In this document: piece after piece, positions 1-12,494 of the stretch
Layout: each line of letters starts with the position of its first letter
How positions within the stretch are numbered: position 1 is the stretch's first letter
Source of the DNA: a virus
Lineage: Duplodnaviria > Heunggongvirae > Uroviricota > Caudoviricetes
Virus record (IMG/VR): IMGVR_UViG_3300047546_003009
Length of the DNA stretch: 64,000 nt
Direction: 5' to 3' (one strand)
Notes under the pieces: model-generated
What the model was told of the DNA's origin: nothing
Database searches by the model: none
The model's input: only the letters and a program-made list of their open reading frames with translations
Made by a program: the position numbers and the translations under genes

Positions 1-921
1 TCACATCGTAGATCGATTCCATCATCTGCTCCTAGAGGGTGATTTCAAGGCAAAAATCAACCGGCGTATCTTCGCCGTAGATCTGATCAAACTTCCGAAA
101 AGCTTCCGCGCGGGAGTCTGCTTGGAGTGTGATCACAGTGTCCCTGCCGCAGGGATCATATGTGTAGAACTGAAAATGTGTTTGTCCTGCAGCGCTAGGA
201 TGTTGTGTTTTCATCATCAATCTCCAATTGAAACAGTAAGAACACTATCCAACAGTTCGAACAAAGTGTCAACAGCTAGATTTGTTCACGTTCCTTCAGA
301 AAACGGTGAACTTCATATGAGCTCCTTTGATTGATATCAAACAGTGTAGTTGATTTTGTTTGAAAAATCAACTGAGAAAAACTACTCCTTCACATAAAAA
401 TAATCGAATCCAGAATCCGAATCCTTACTCTTACTTTCCCAAAAACCCAAATCTTCACCATCATTAATCCAATCGATCATACCCTTGAATTTCAGATTTT
501 GAGTCTCGAAACTACAATCTTCACTAATTTTCACAATACTATCAACACAGCCTCGACCAATATAACTTAATTTGTATACACCTTCACCCTTATACCAATC
601 TTTCACATCATTCATCAAATAATAATGATTCTCGATAAGTTTCGAATCAACAATTTTGTTCAATTGAACTTTCATTCGTTTTCTCCATTTAATGAACGTT
701 CATAATATAACGATTCGAACTAAATGTCAACTTCGAATTTCTAACTCATTGACAAGAAATTCGAAGTTGCCAAATTTCATCCGACCCTCTATAGTGGAAG
801 CATGCGTTCGATCGGGCACGACCACCGGGGATGATGCACCAAGAGCGGACCAAAGAAACGTCCCGGGCAAGGATTTTGCCCCTGGCAGGATCATTCACAT
901 AAATATTAACGAATTTCCAAA

Positions 922-1248
922 ATGGACAAATTGAAAATGAAATCGAAGCTCCTCACCGAAATCAAAGCCCTCGTCCGCAAGAAGCTCCGGGACGCAAAGC
1001 TCGGCAAGAAACGCCCGGAGTCCGTCCGCAAGAAGATCTCCCGGGCAATGAAGGGTGAATCGAACTTCGCCGGGCACGAACATACCCGGGCGACAAAGGA
1101 GCGCATGCACAGATCCCGCGGCAGAGACGATCAGGGCAAGGTCGGCGGCACGAAGTGGTATCGCCCGACAGCGTATACCTCAGCGAAGCCAGACCGCCGC
1201 AGAAAATCCTCAGTGGCCCCTCAGGGGTACAAACCAGGACGGTCGTAG
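922..1248 (+). CDS. NUMOD3-motif protein, probable homing-endonuclease DNA-binding remnant
   Basis: One of the few plus-strand ORFs. It sits in a locally GC-rich segment (about 780-1400). It carries a G-K-K-R-P-E-S-V-R-K-K-I-S-R-A-M-K-G repeat typical of NUMOD3 modules of GIY-YIG and HNH homing endonucleases, and no catalytic motif is seen. Confidence 0.3.
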   Translation: MDKLKMKSKLLTEIKALVRKKLRDAKLGKKRPESVRKKISRAMKGESNFAGHEHTRATKERMHRSRGRDDQGKVGGTKWYRPTAYTSAKPDRRRKSSVAPQGYKPGRS

Positions 1249-1504
1249 AACGCACTAGGATTCGTTCTGCACCGTTCAGATTTCCGCCGGTGCGCCCACT
1301 CCTAAAATAAAAAGTTCTGCAGCAGACGCAGAACTACGCAGCGAGAGGCGGCGAGTTTGTATCAGTTTAAGTTAACCCCGCCTCCAATAATTTTCTGTTT
1401 CCATCCCGTTTTCTTTTCAGATCATATCGTGAGGTACTTCATATCAGTTTAAGATAGCTAACCAGTTGTTTCCAGTAGCGTTTCAGTGAGTGTGCAGTGA
1501 TTGA

Positions 1505-2068
1505 TCACGTTCCCCTCTGTCTGTCAGTGTACTTCTCGTATCCATACTGGGTTATCTCTAATACCTCTTCTGATCTTCCCCATTGATATTGTTCTGGCAA
1601 TATTGTATTGATTGGTACTAGATGTTCTTTTCCTGTATGGACATTATGGCACCATCTCTTCTTAGGGATTTGTTTCTTTCTTCTTTTGATCCATCCTCTC
1701 TTTTGTGCAATTGATTGTTTTGCCGATTGGACTTTTGAAAGTTTTTTTCCTTTTCTATTCTGGTTTCCGATCATTCCGTTTGATATTGCTTTTCTTCTTT
1801 CGTCTGATATCGGGCCATACATCGGATTGTTCTTTCCCCTATTTGCCTTTGATATTTTTCTTTTTGTTTTTTCCGTGTGATGTCTTTTCGGTTTTGGCTT
1901 CGGCTTTGGTTTGTGCTGTTGAGTTATTTGTTCGAATCTTTGGTGGGCGACTGCCGGATTCTTGTGAATCTCCAGCACCTCAAATGGCTGCCCTAGCTTC
2001 CTTAGCTCTCTTTCTGTTTTTTCGTGGAGCTCGATTTTCGACCCGATCTTAATGATTGTGAAGATCAC
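1505..2068 (-). CDS. putative homing endonuclease C-terminal DNA-binding region (NUMOD3-like repeats)
   Basis: KRKISKANRGKNNPMYG and ERRKAISNGMIG repeats with a KPKPKPKPK linker. It has a GTG start that overlaps the stop of the upstream ORF 2065..2436 in another frame, so this may be a frameshifted or split gene. Confidence 0.35.
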   Translation of the reverse strand: MIFTIIKIGSKIELHEKTERELRKLGQPFEVLEIHKNPAVAHQRFEQITQQHKPKPKPKPKRHHTEKTKRKISKANRGKNNPMYGPISDERRKAISNGMIGNQNRKGKKLSKVQSAKQSIAQKRGWIKRRKKQIPKKRWCHNVHTGKEHLVPINTILPEQYQWGRSEEVLEITQYGYEKYTDRQRGT

Positions 2069-3166
2069 TGATCAACCTTCCATGTTTTGAAACAATCATA
2101 ACACTTACAATCACACCAATAACGATCGGATCCACTATCCCATCCACCAGTGCTTGACTTGTATTCATACGTTGCATTGCGGTGCTTGCACTTTTCTTGT
2201 AGGAGTTTCAATTCGCGATTTCTTTCGGCAATCGAATCGACAATTTCTTGCGCTCGGTCACGAATCTTTGATGTTTTCTTGGCGAAAAACGCCTGAGGAC
2301 CCAAAGATGAATGGACAGCAACTTTGCTGTCCTCATCAATGACAAAATCTCGATCAATCCTATACCTAGGCATTGAACGAACATTAGATTTCTTACTCAT
2401 CGACCGATTCTTCTCCGGCTCTGAAACTATCGTCAATCAACTTGAGAAGCTCTTGTTCCGAAAAGCAATAGACAATCATCTCGTAGCGATCACCAATCGT
2501 GTCAGGATCAAACACTCTGATGAGATTGGTCGTTTTGTTTTGTTTCGCCTTTTGGACAATTCGATTTCCCATCTCTTCTGCAAGATCACGAAACACATTG
2601 TCAAGTGCGGTCGATGGATCAACCTTGAGGGAACGATAGTCAAGTTGAGCGCACAACCGCACCTTGTTGCCCTTGTACCTGCCAATCAGCTGCTTCTCTA
2701 GCTTGTCCATCACTCAACTCCACATTTTTTAACTGTCAATCTACTCAACTCACCCCGAACCCGCTCCGCAATAGGAAGATACAAAGCAGGATGGATTGGC
2801 TGATACACCCACCGATCCCCACCCCAAACCCTGTTGCTTTCAAACAGCCTGGTGAGGTCTGATAATAGCTTCAATCTACTATCATCTAAATCAACTTGAC
2901 TTTCCATCACAAATTCTCTTCAAAAATATGCCAGACAAATTGACGCTCCTGGACTGTCGCAATGTAACGCCCTTCATTAACAGTCGCAATCGCATGACCA
3001 GTGCCATAGATCGAAAACCGTCTTAGCACCGTCTTGTTGCTGGGATTTGTCAACACCCACATCATGATCTTCCCATCCTGAACCTGAACACTGAGGATTT
3101 TCCCTTCAGGATCAATTTCAAGATCGTTGACCGGCTTGACTTCCAGCTGATATTTGTAGATTACCT

Positions 3167-3448
3167 TCATTTTGCAACTCCAAAATGTTCCTCTATATCA
3201 TCCCGAATATCTTTCAGCGCATCATACGTCCATTCGCATGCTAGTTCACCTGCAGGACTGTTGCCAACAGGAATCCGATATGTTTCAATCTTATCAATAC
3301 ATTCCCGAACAATCAACTCGGCGAACTTTTCAGCAAAGCAATCCGGGATATACATCTTTTCTAGTTCATCATTTAACGGATTACCTGGAAATGGATTATC
3401 CACTGCTATTACAGCATGGTTCAAAAGTTCTTTAATTCGGTCGTTCAT
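3167..3448 (-). CDS. hypothetical protein, paralog of 3552..3845
   Basis: Shares the ELIVRECIDKIE and HFGV segments with the next ORF. Confidence 0.4.
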   Translation of the reverse strand: MNDRIKELLNHAVIAVDNPFPGNPLNDELEKMYIPDCFAEKFAELIVRECIDKIETYRIPVGNSPAGELACEWTYDALKDIRDDIEEHFGVAK

Positions 3449-3551
3449 TTGAGTATCTTACTCTCAACAAAGCATTTGGCAATATCATATGCAACCATAA
3501 TTATAGCAATGGGCATAATGATCCAGGATATAAGCGAGGTGATGAATTTCA

Positions 3552-3845
3552 TTACTCTACTCCAAAATGTTTTTTGATTCTAATGACAGCATCTACGATA
3601 CCACTATTGTTACCTCTCATATACAACCGATCCTCAATATCATCTTCTTTATCAATCCAGTCCTCCGATATTTTTTCTTCCAACGCCTGATTGATACACT
3701 CCTGCACAATCAACTTGGCAAACTTTACCGGATCCAATTCTCCAGCAACATAATCTCCGCCGGCGCGTCGCAACATCTCAACGTGGGCATTGTGGACGGG
3801 TTGGAAACGTCCGATTACTACAGCTACGTCGTATTTCTTGTTCAT
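3552..3845 (-). CDS. chimeric small protein: NMN-adenylyltransferase-like N-terminus (GRFQPVHNAH) fused to a paralog-family domain
   Basis: The N-terminal VVIGRFQPVHNAHVEMLRRAG matches the (H/T)xGH cytidylyltransferase motif of archaeal or phage NadM-type NMNAT. The rest of the protein aligns to the 3167..3448 paralog instead of an NMNAT body. Confidence 0.4.
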   Translation of the reverse strand: MNKKYDVAVVIGRFQPVHNAHVEMLRRAGGDYVAGELDPVKFAKLIVQECINQALEEKISEDWIDKEDDIEDRLYMRGNNSGIVDAVIRIKKHFGVE

Positions 3846-5029
3846 GTTAGCCGCCCCTTATCAGCTTGAAGTATTTGAGGGCGTGTTCTACTTCAACACC
3901 ATCACGCTCACACTCGGCCAGCAGGCGATTGGCACGATGCAGATAAGGACGGTGGCTTTGACCGTTCCAATCATCTATGTCGTTGCTGACTTCGTAGTAC
4001 CAGCCGCAGCCGTCGGTATGATTTTGGCAGCAGGTAATTTCGTGCAGTTCGCGGGCCAGTGCATAATTCACGGGCTCACTTTCGGCCACTGCTAGTTGAG
4101 CTTCCAGCTCGGTGATTTCTTGCCGACGTTGTTTGATCGCTTCGCTGAGGGCGAAGACAGTTTTCGCTTTGTTTGACATACCATAACTCCTATGGTCTTT
4201 AGTTTTTATTATAATACTTGGAATTGAACGAAAAGTCAACGAGAGTTAAATACTTGATTTTTAATCGTTAATAGGACAACATGAAAACTCTACCTCTTCA
4301 GGAGTCAGTTTTCTCAGTAGTTTAGCATGGTAATAACCCTGGCTACCTTCATGCCACACATCAGCATAGTGTTCACCAGATGCTGTGAGATCAGGTTCTT
4401 CTAGAACAGGATCATGATATGCTTTAGGTGTTCGTTTTGGTAATTTACCGACCTCACCTTTTTCCAGATGGTAATGAATATTCATGATGGTTTCTTCAAT
4501 ATAATCGTCCAAAGAGTCTAAACCACATTGGCAACTGTTATCACTGTGTAAAAAACAGTTATCTCCATGATCACGAAGATTGATTTGCGCCCAGTCAAGT
4601 GCATCAAGTATTTGCATCAGTTCAATGCGGGAAATACTAATTGTGTTATCAGGTTTCATTGGATTTTCCTTGAGAAATAACTTCTATTCTAGCGACGTAG
4701 GTTGTGTTAAACGTGGACGGAGCGTATCAATGGCTTGTATTACGGCTAACGATTGCCGTAACGACATCGGCATACCATTAAATTCGGTGATTACCTCAAA
4801 CACCTGCTGCAACTCGGCACGAGGAATCAAGACCATATCACCAGTTGTCATTTTGGAAGTTCCTTATGCATCTCTGCTTCACCGTAACCCTCATCATCAT
4901 TCTGTGCGCACCGAATGATGGCATGATCTTTGGCAAGGTGTGCAACGTCGATTGGTGACAATTGAAGCCCCGTGCCCAACTTAAATGCGCGCATGATTTT
5001 TTGGTGTGGTGTTAGTTTACGTCGGCTGT

Positions 5030-5431
5030 TCACGTCATATCCCTTCCAAGCTGCACCGCCACTCGGCATGAAGCCAACTGAGCACGTAGATCGGTGGCAA
5101 TAACACCGAAACCATACGAAAGCGCGTTCTCATTGCTCTTGTCGGCCAATTCCTTCGCAGCCTCTAATCCCAACAGCGCCCACTCCAATTCGGTGCGTGG
5201 TACCGAGATCATGTCTTGGGTAGCTATGGAACTAGTTTGCTCATCCGCTGGCGTGCGACGATTCCAACGTGCAACTGCTGCTTCCTCCGACGCGGATGGG
5301 ATAATTTGCACAGCACACGTTCCTCCGTGGCCGATAGTGTTTCGGCATACTACACCCCACCATTTGCGCCCATCTATAGTTTGCTCTAACTTAACGGGAC
5401 CACCACAAAACGGACACGGTTTGAGATTCAT
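5030..5431 (-). CDS. lar: Lar-family restriction alleviation protein (zinc ribbon)
   Basis: MNLKPCPFCGG...WWGVVCRNTIGHGG...AAVARWNRR matches the Lar signature. The start is placed at the internal Met of ORF 5030..5485. It lies in a GC-rich stretch. Confidence 0.55.
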   Translation of the reverse strand: MNLKPCPFCGGPVKLEQTIDGRKWWGVVCRNTIGHGGTCAVQIIPSASEEAAVARWNRRTPADEQTSSIATQDMISVPRTELEWALLGLEAAKELADKSNENALSYGFGVIATDLRAQLASCRVAVQLGRDMT

Positions 5432-6683
5432 TTTGACTCCTTGATCATGGCATATTCCTTCCGATCTCTGCAGCAGCGCGGACAATAGCTAGACGGGTAG
5501 CGCCAATTCGATTGGCGTAATCGCGGCAATCGATCAGCTTTCCAGTCGGGGTGTAAACAAAGCCCGGGTGGACAGCGATGTTCAACATCACCGCCAACCG
5601 CAGCGCATCACCGTCGTCCTCAAGAGGGTTCCACACATCACAATTTCCCGAAATCCCTGGTGTAACGATGTAAGCGCCTCGAGCATCCCAACCTATCTGC
5701 AACCCCATCGCCTTTGCGGCAAGTTCTAGAATTTCGCGCTCTATCATTTCAGTTTATTCCGGGGTAATCGCAGTGCCCTGATGTTCTTTCATCGTCACCA
5801 ATTTCATTCCATGCGGCCGCTCGTTGAGTAGCGTCCCACCCGATACCCCCGTACCTGCAACCATCTGGATTCGTGCATGCACCATCCATCACCGCACAAT
5901 TACACTCTGGACATGTTCGCTCTTTCATTCCTCTTCTCCTATCCTATGCACTTGCTCTGCATAACGGACGCCTGCTGCAAATGCCACTGTTTCGGCCAGC
6001 GTCAACATTGACTTGTCCATGCCGTTGTTGATCTCCTCATCTGTCAGCGGCTGGCGAGTCGGTGACGCCGAACTCGACTCAGCTGTGCCGTCGGTAAGCT
6101 CCCACATATTTTCGTACAGGACTCTCTTGTCACCTGTGTCTTGATCCTGCTTGACCTTCGCCCAGCAAATTTGCAACTCGCCACGCTCCAGCGTTTCAAG
6201 CGCCTGCCGCAACCGCTTCTCGTCGTCTGTCATTTCCCCTCCTTCAGAACGGCGTCTATGTCGGTGTCGTCCATGGTGGTGCAAACATCGTCATTGACAT
6301 AGCCAATGAATAGATTTTCTTTTGCCCACCGATATCGCTCCGCATCTTGGCACACTTCGGCCAGTTTACACTCAAGATCGCGAGCATGGTTCATTAGTGG
6401 CGTTACCCAATTCCGTTGGAGCACCTCAGCAGCAGTGCCAGAAGCAAGTTCGGATACGAGGGCATCAGTCAAGGGTGTTTTACTCACTCAAAACCTCCAA
6501 ATTCCTTTATCTGGTTGTAACAAGGAATACAAACAGCATCATAGTTTGGACCACGGACATTAGATATTGCTCGTCGACAATATTTGCAATGTATGAAAGC
6601 CTGTGTTACAATAGAACCAGGCTTCACCTCGTAGAACGGCAAGAACTCACCATCCTTCTCAACATAACCAATTAGCTTTTTGT

Positions 6684-7736
6684 TCATTTCTCGTTCATCA
6701 AATATGCATTACTAACAGCCTTGAAGTGAATGTTTGGATCGGTCTCACACTTGAAAACAATTCCTTCACGGTTAATCGGTTTTTCTGAAATGTAAGACTT
6801 ACCATCCGCCCATTCAAGAATATAGTCAACATCACCTGTTCCAAGATCCGGATCTTGGAACAGGCCTGTTCCAAGATCCTTACCGATGCAAATCACAGGA
6901 ACGTGCTTGATATCAAGCTGCGTCAAAATTGCACGTCGAACTCCAGGCGCAAAATAACTAGTGCCAGAGAAAACATCAAACGCATAGAATTCAGTGTCAG
7001 CAAGATTGTAAATGTTTCCCTGTACACCAGGACCAACTAGTTCACCCTGAATGGCAACACCTAACAAACCAGCTTGTCTCATCTTTCGTTCAACATCGTT
7101 CTTGATGGCAACCCTCCAGAACGCATTTGTTTCACTGGGCTTGAGGTCAAGATTGCGGCTGCAAACGTGAAACACGCCCTGATAGTCCAAATAGAACGTG
7201 CAACTAGAACCTTCTAATTTCTCAGTAATTTCGAACAAAAGACCTTGATCATACCACTGTTTAATTTCTTTAGAAAGATTCTGAATTCGTTCTTGATCAG
7301 TCTTAGGAATTGCTGTGGGGAATGCACCCTGCACTTCACCCTGAAGTTGAGTAGGAATAGGCATTTCCCATTTCTGAATCGTAAGAATATCAGAAACGTC
7401 CATGCCTTCCAACTCGTCCTCTCGGGCAATTTGTTGTGTGTACGGATGAAGTGGAAGCAGCAGTCCCTGACTAATTTGTCCGCGAAGTTTGACAGTACGA
7501 AGGCGTTCACCCTTAACACCATTGAATTCTTTGGGTTCTCTACCCTTCGTCAGGAACGGGGCAATGTTGTGAGGAATCCACGAGTCGATCTCACAGTAGA
7601 TAGCAAGATCACCAGGATTAAATTCACCCTTCTTAATCACAACCTTCCAACCACCAACAGTGGCAACGTCAATTGCATCTGCACTAGGAATTGCCTGAAT
7701 GCTATCAATCTTCCGAATTGTTGCCATCTTTCTCAT
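6684..7736 (-). CDS. RNA ligase (Rnl2/Rnl5-like nucleotidyltransferase with N-terminal OB-like domain)
   Basis: Nucleotidyltransferase motif I KLEGSS, motif IV GELVGPGVQGN and motif V REGIVFK are present. An N-terminal domain of about 150 aa (MATIRKIDSIQAIP...) resembles the OB domain of DraRnl or NgrRnl-type ligases. Confidence 0.7.
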   Translation of the reverse strand: MRKMATIRKIDSIQAIPSADAIDVATVGGWKVVIKKGEFNPGDLAIYCEIDSWIPHNIAPFLTKGREPKEFNGVKGERLRTVKLRGQISQGLLLPLHPYTQQIAREDELEGMDVSDILTIQKWEMPIPTQLQGEVQGAFPTAIPKTDQERIQNLSKEIKQWYDQGLLFEITEKLEGSSCTFYLDYQGVFHVCSRNLDLKPSETNAFWRVAIKNDVERKMRQAGLLGVAIQGELVGPGVQGNIYNLADTEFYAFDVFSGTSYFAPGVRRAILTQLDIKHVPVICIGKDLGTGLFQDPDLGTGDVDYILEWADGKSYISEKPINREGIVFKCETDPNIHFKAVSNAYLMNEK

Positions 7737-10700
7737 GATAAATCCTTTTAGATAATATCCATAAACTTTTGATAGAGCTTCGCTGTGAGGTTAGGCAGTA
7801 TGATGACTCGCTTGCCACTTTTCAGTTGCTCAATCGCGTGGTAATCTGCTGCAAGTGCTCCAGGACCATACTTACAGTAAATAGCAAACGCTACCTTCTC
7901 TATAAGATCTTTCGCTTCTTTCAACGGCAAATCGGCCTCGTTTCGGGCATCCTTAATAGCCTCGATTAACATGCCATTTTTTATGCTTTCAACAGCTTTC
8001 TCCATCCACGGCACAGGTGCGCAATCAACCACGCGAAGAAACACTTCAGGTTCACGTTTGGCAAGTTCTACCACAACGCGTTTGTAGTCAATTTCTTCAT
8101 TCATCAAAATTTCAATAACACGCTTATAAAGATCCATTTCATTCCCTCTCATAATTTAAAATGATGTTGATATCGCTTACTGCACACCCCAGTAGTTTTT
8201 AATCAGGTCGGCAGTGTTTGGGAGGATAATGCCAGCCAGTGCTTCACCATACTGTACATACTTTTCATGGTTTGCATCTGCAATGTTAGCACAAACTCGA
8301 ACAATATCTTCAGTATATGCTAACAGTTCGCTCTCAGTAAACTGATAATATTCTTCTCGCTTCGTTGCAGGTTTGACTCTACTGTTCAGTACTGCTCGAC
8401 TAATGATTAGTTCTTTGTCCATATCAAATAACCCCGGTATTACTGAAAAATATCATGCAATTTGCTATGGCAAAGACAATGTTGCCCCAAAATAGCACGA
8501 TTCCCCAGGTAGAATCATCGTTTTTCACGTTCAGTGCACCATAAAGGTTCAACACAGCTAGCAAAATATTGGCCACGTTACACCTCGTTTTAGACGATTA
8601 TAACGCTATTGTACCACAATTTGAATTTCTTGGCAACTGATTCTTTCAATAGTTCGATCCGGCCATTTGACATCAACAGTTCTTTTTTGAACTTTGACAA
8701 TTTGACCGTGACTATATTGTTTTTTGCCAACTTTTTTGACAATTGAACCGACAGAGGGTTTTTGTATCATAACGAAACTTTCACTGAAGATGGGCAATCG
8801 TATCTGGGACAGACGTATCCTACTGCTTGCTTACCATTGAGTTTGCAAACTTTGCAGTGGATATCGGTTACATATTCCCATTCGCGAGGAAACCACTTAA
8901 CTTCTGAATGATTGGGATCAATAGAGGGTTCGGTGAATTCGCTTTGAATTATTTCACTAATAACGTGTCGATATTCGGTATTGGCTAGTGCAGTGTATAA
9001 CTCAAGAAGTTTGGTTAGATTTTCTTTCTTCATATTCCAAATCTGTATATGAAACGTTTCCTTGGCCAACGATTAGGTCTGCATACACTTCGCAGTATGT
9101 GCAGCTATGTGTGAACCCCTCACTAAAGATAATAATAAACCCACCAGTTGCTACATAGTGAATTTCTTTTGATGCACCATCTTTCATTGTATCCATAATG
9201 ATTTTGGCAACATCATACCAGTGCTGACAATTATAAAGTTTAACAAGGCCAGCATTGTTGTTGAATACATATCGCGCAACTGCCTCAACCTGGCTTTCTA
9301 TGTAGCTAATTTTCATATTAGTTTCTCATTGCTTTGATAAGCTGCTCATGATCGGCAAACAATCTTTCAAATTTCAGCTGATATAACTGCTGCATGCCGT
9401 GAAGAATTTTGGATAGGTTTTCCATTGACATTTTATCCCGCGAGTCAATAAATTCTGCAATAAGCTTGAGGTCATCGCAGACGCACCAGCATTCCATAAT
9501 ATGCTGTTCCATGTCATAAGCTTTAAACATCTTATCACGCGTATCAGTATCGAGAGAGGTATCCATTAATCTACATCACTTTCTTTATAAACATATTCTG
9601 TTTTTGGTGTATAGGGGAATTGAATGTAAACACGAGAGTCCCTACTAGTAAAATATGTCTTGTACCGCTCACCCTGTTTATCAACAATCCATTCCCAAAA
9701 CACCTTGCCGTCGATATCATATGCACCAGTATCATCTTTGAACACGCGGCCACATCTGTTGTTTTGATAGAGCTTGCCATCCAGTTCACCAACATGGTTC
9801 CACTCCCAATCTTCTCCAGTGAGAGGGGCAATTGGTTCAAACTTTGCAAGCTTTTCAAAAAGATCGATCGTATAATGTGCTGAGGTTCCAGAGTGACCTT
9901 CACCGTGGAAAACATCTAGAAGTTTGATTACGTGATTGCAAATCATTTCCTGCATCTCATCGCCAAACTTGCCATTTTCGTCGACCCAGCCAGCTGCCTT
10001 GAACTCTTTCAGGGCGTGTTTTACATAATTACTAAGATCAGATTCGCTCATATAAGATTCCCTACGTTAATAAAGTCAATTATTTGGTCTGTGTCAAAAT
10101 TATTAATTCTAATATTAGGAACCACATCATCAATCAGCACAGCATGCTCGAACTTAAGAACAGAACAAAAGTTTGTAAAAGCACCAACCTTACCACGGAT
10201 CGATATGAAATCTGTGATACTTTCCCACCGCACACCAGTTAGCTCAGTGTCAACCTGCATCATTGTTTGAGCCGTAGGTGTAGTTTCAATAATACTGCCC
10301 AAAACTCTTTCTAGAGTAGGACGGATATTGTTTGTAAACTCGCGATGATCATCATCGGTCCAAATAGCAAAAGAAAATACACCGAGCTTATCGGTAGGAC
10401 CGATGACTCTTTTAATCTTCTCAACATTAACCAGGAGTCGAGAAGACCAACTATCAATAATAGTTTCTTCGAGGTCGAGAAACACAAATCTCGGTGCATT
10501 ATTCATCACAGCGCTGTTCCTAGAACATTGTTTATGTATTGATCAAGCTCTTTATTGCAATCTTGCCCAAACTTTCGCTTCAGGTAAAGCCGTTGTATAA
10601 TGTTAGGGTCGGCCTCGCTCGTTTCGTACACTGTATAACCACGACGTTCCAACTCTTCAACCATATCATCAGAATCAACGTCATACAAATCAATTTCAGC

Positions 10701-11464
10701 ATCAACACGAACAGTCGGCATTATCACTCTCCCATGCCCAATGAATTACAATCCAATCGTCGATGCAATCAGCGGGACTATATTCAGCATCAACACGTTC
10801 TTTGCCAAACTTGTCGCACATCCTTCCATACCAATAGTCCCAGTATTCTTTGAGGATTTCTTGTTCGGAAAGAGTGACTGTTACAGCGGAGAAGTCACCA
10901 TTACCGGGATCGTTTGGTTCGTAGTACGAATAGTATTTCATTATTAACCCTTTTCTACATAATACCTCAACTCACCAACAAAGTCAAGGAAATTCTTTTT
11001 AAGATACTGTCCAGTACCATTGACAAAAGTGACATATATCTTTTCAGTATCATACTCTTTTACACTTACTACATTGTGGGGATTAATTGCTATAGACGCC
11101 CCTGCTGTGCTTGTAGTAATAATCATTTCCGACCCTTTTTAGGAAGTTTGATATGCTTTTTAAACTCTTCGGCCAGCCGATTATGTTCTTCGTGTGAACA
11201 ATACAGATACCACTGACGTGTGTCACCATCGGGTGTAACAAAGCCGATAACAGTAACGGCCTGACCTTTGTTAAGGCGTTCAATACTAAACACGTTAATT
11301 GCATTGAAGTCGATAACAAACGTAGAATTGTTAATATCGTCCTCCTGAGCATTGTTGTAGAGATCTTTTTGATCTGCAATACTCTTCTCAAGGATTTTGA
11401 TTCGTTCGTTAGCGGCAGCAAGTGCCTGTTTCAGTTTTTTAACTTTACCAAACATACTAATCTC

Positions 11465-11746
11465 CTAACAGCGAACACCAGAACCGTTTTCGCCGATAAT
11501 TTGTTTACCGCTGAAGAACAGATATCCATGAATACATTCTGTTTGATGTTTTACCCAATCGTCATGTGCTTTCGACTGAACACCGGTAGTAATGTTGACA
11601 TCAGCAACGCCAGCAACTTTACTACCAGATGGTAAAGTAACACTAAGAAGTATACCAATTATTGCTATACAAATCATAAGTTCAATAATACTGAAGCCTT
11701 TATTTGCCAACATTGACCATTCCTTTAAAGTCTTGAGGAACAACAA
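11465..11746 (-). CDS. type IV pilin-like protein (prepilin N-terminal methylation motif)
   Basis: KGFSIIELMICIAIIGILLS is a canonical prepilin cleavage and methylation segment. Confidence 0.5.
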   Translation of the reverse strand: MLFLKTLKEWSMLANKGFSIIELMICIAIIGILLSVTLPSGSKVAGVADVNITTGVQSKAHDDWVKHQTECIHGYLFFSGKQIIGENGSGVRC

Positions 11747-12494
11747 TCGTATGAACCTTGCCGTTCTTAATACCTTCAGAGATGTTCATCATTGCTTGCG
11801 CTTGCATATAAGCAATTGATTGTGTTGACTGATTAGCAAGAGCAGCCATTCGACGAGCCTCGGCTTCAGCAGTCTTAACCTCAACTTCTTTCTGCTTCAG
11901 TTCATTCTTAGAGCGAACAAGTTCATTAGCAGAAGCAACTACACTATCAGCTGGTTGGACATTGCGGATCAATACCTGCGTGATTGTTAGCGAACCATCA
12001 AGCTTTTCTTCAGCAAGTGCACGTTGAATATGCTCACGTACTTTCTGTTCCATCATTTGACGATTATCGGCCATATCGAGAGCCTCATATTCACGAGCAG
12101 CTTTGTAAATTGCATTACGAGCTGTCTGTACGATGTAATTGTACATCAGGTAAATGTCGCCGCGATCAGCTGCATGGAACGCTTTGCTTTTTTGCGAATA
12201 CAGTTCCGCAACCTGCGACTGGTTGATATTGTAAATCACGACAGCATCAAGGTCTTTCATCGTGCTGTTGTCTTTGGCTACAGGAGTTAGATTCTCGAGC
12301 GATACATTGACGTCTTTGATTGGGAACGTCAGAACATCGCCAATAAGGACTTGATTGAACGAACCTGGAAGAAGTTCACCGGGCTGAATCTGTTTATCAA
12401 AACCGATTCGGACACCGACTTCACCCGTTTCAATCCGGGTGCAGCCAGTAGCAGTAACAACAGCAAGAGCAACAGCAGCAAGTTTAAAAGTTTT
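11700..12494 (-). CDS. SPFH/band-7 (HflC/prohibitin-like) domain lipoprotein
   Basis: Signal peptide with an LAVVTATGC lipobox, then an SPFH-like core followed by a coiled-coil tail. The start is taken at MKTFKL within ORF 11700..12542. Confidence 0.6.
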   Translation of the reverse strand, partial: KTFKLAAVALAVVTATGCTRIETGEVGVRIGFDKQIQPGELLPGSFNQVLIGDVLTFPIKDVNVSLENLTPVAKDNSTMKDLDAVVIYNINQSQVAELYSQKSKAFHAADRGDIYLMYNYIVQTARNAIYKAAREYEALDMADNRQMMEQKVREHIQRALAEEKLDGSLTITQVLIRNVQPADSVVASANELVRSKNELKQKEVEVKTAEAEARRMAALANQSTQSIAYMQAQAMMNISEGIKNGKVHTIVVPQDFKGMVNVGK

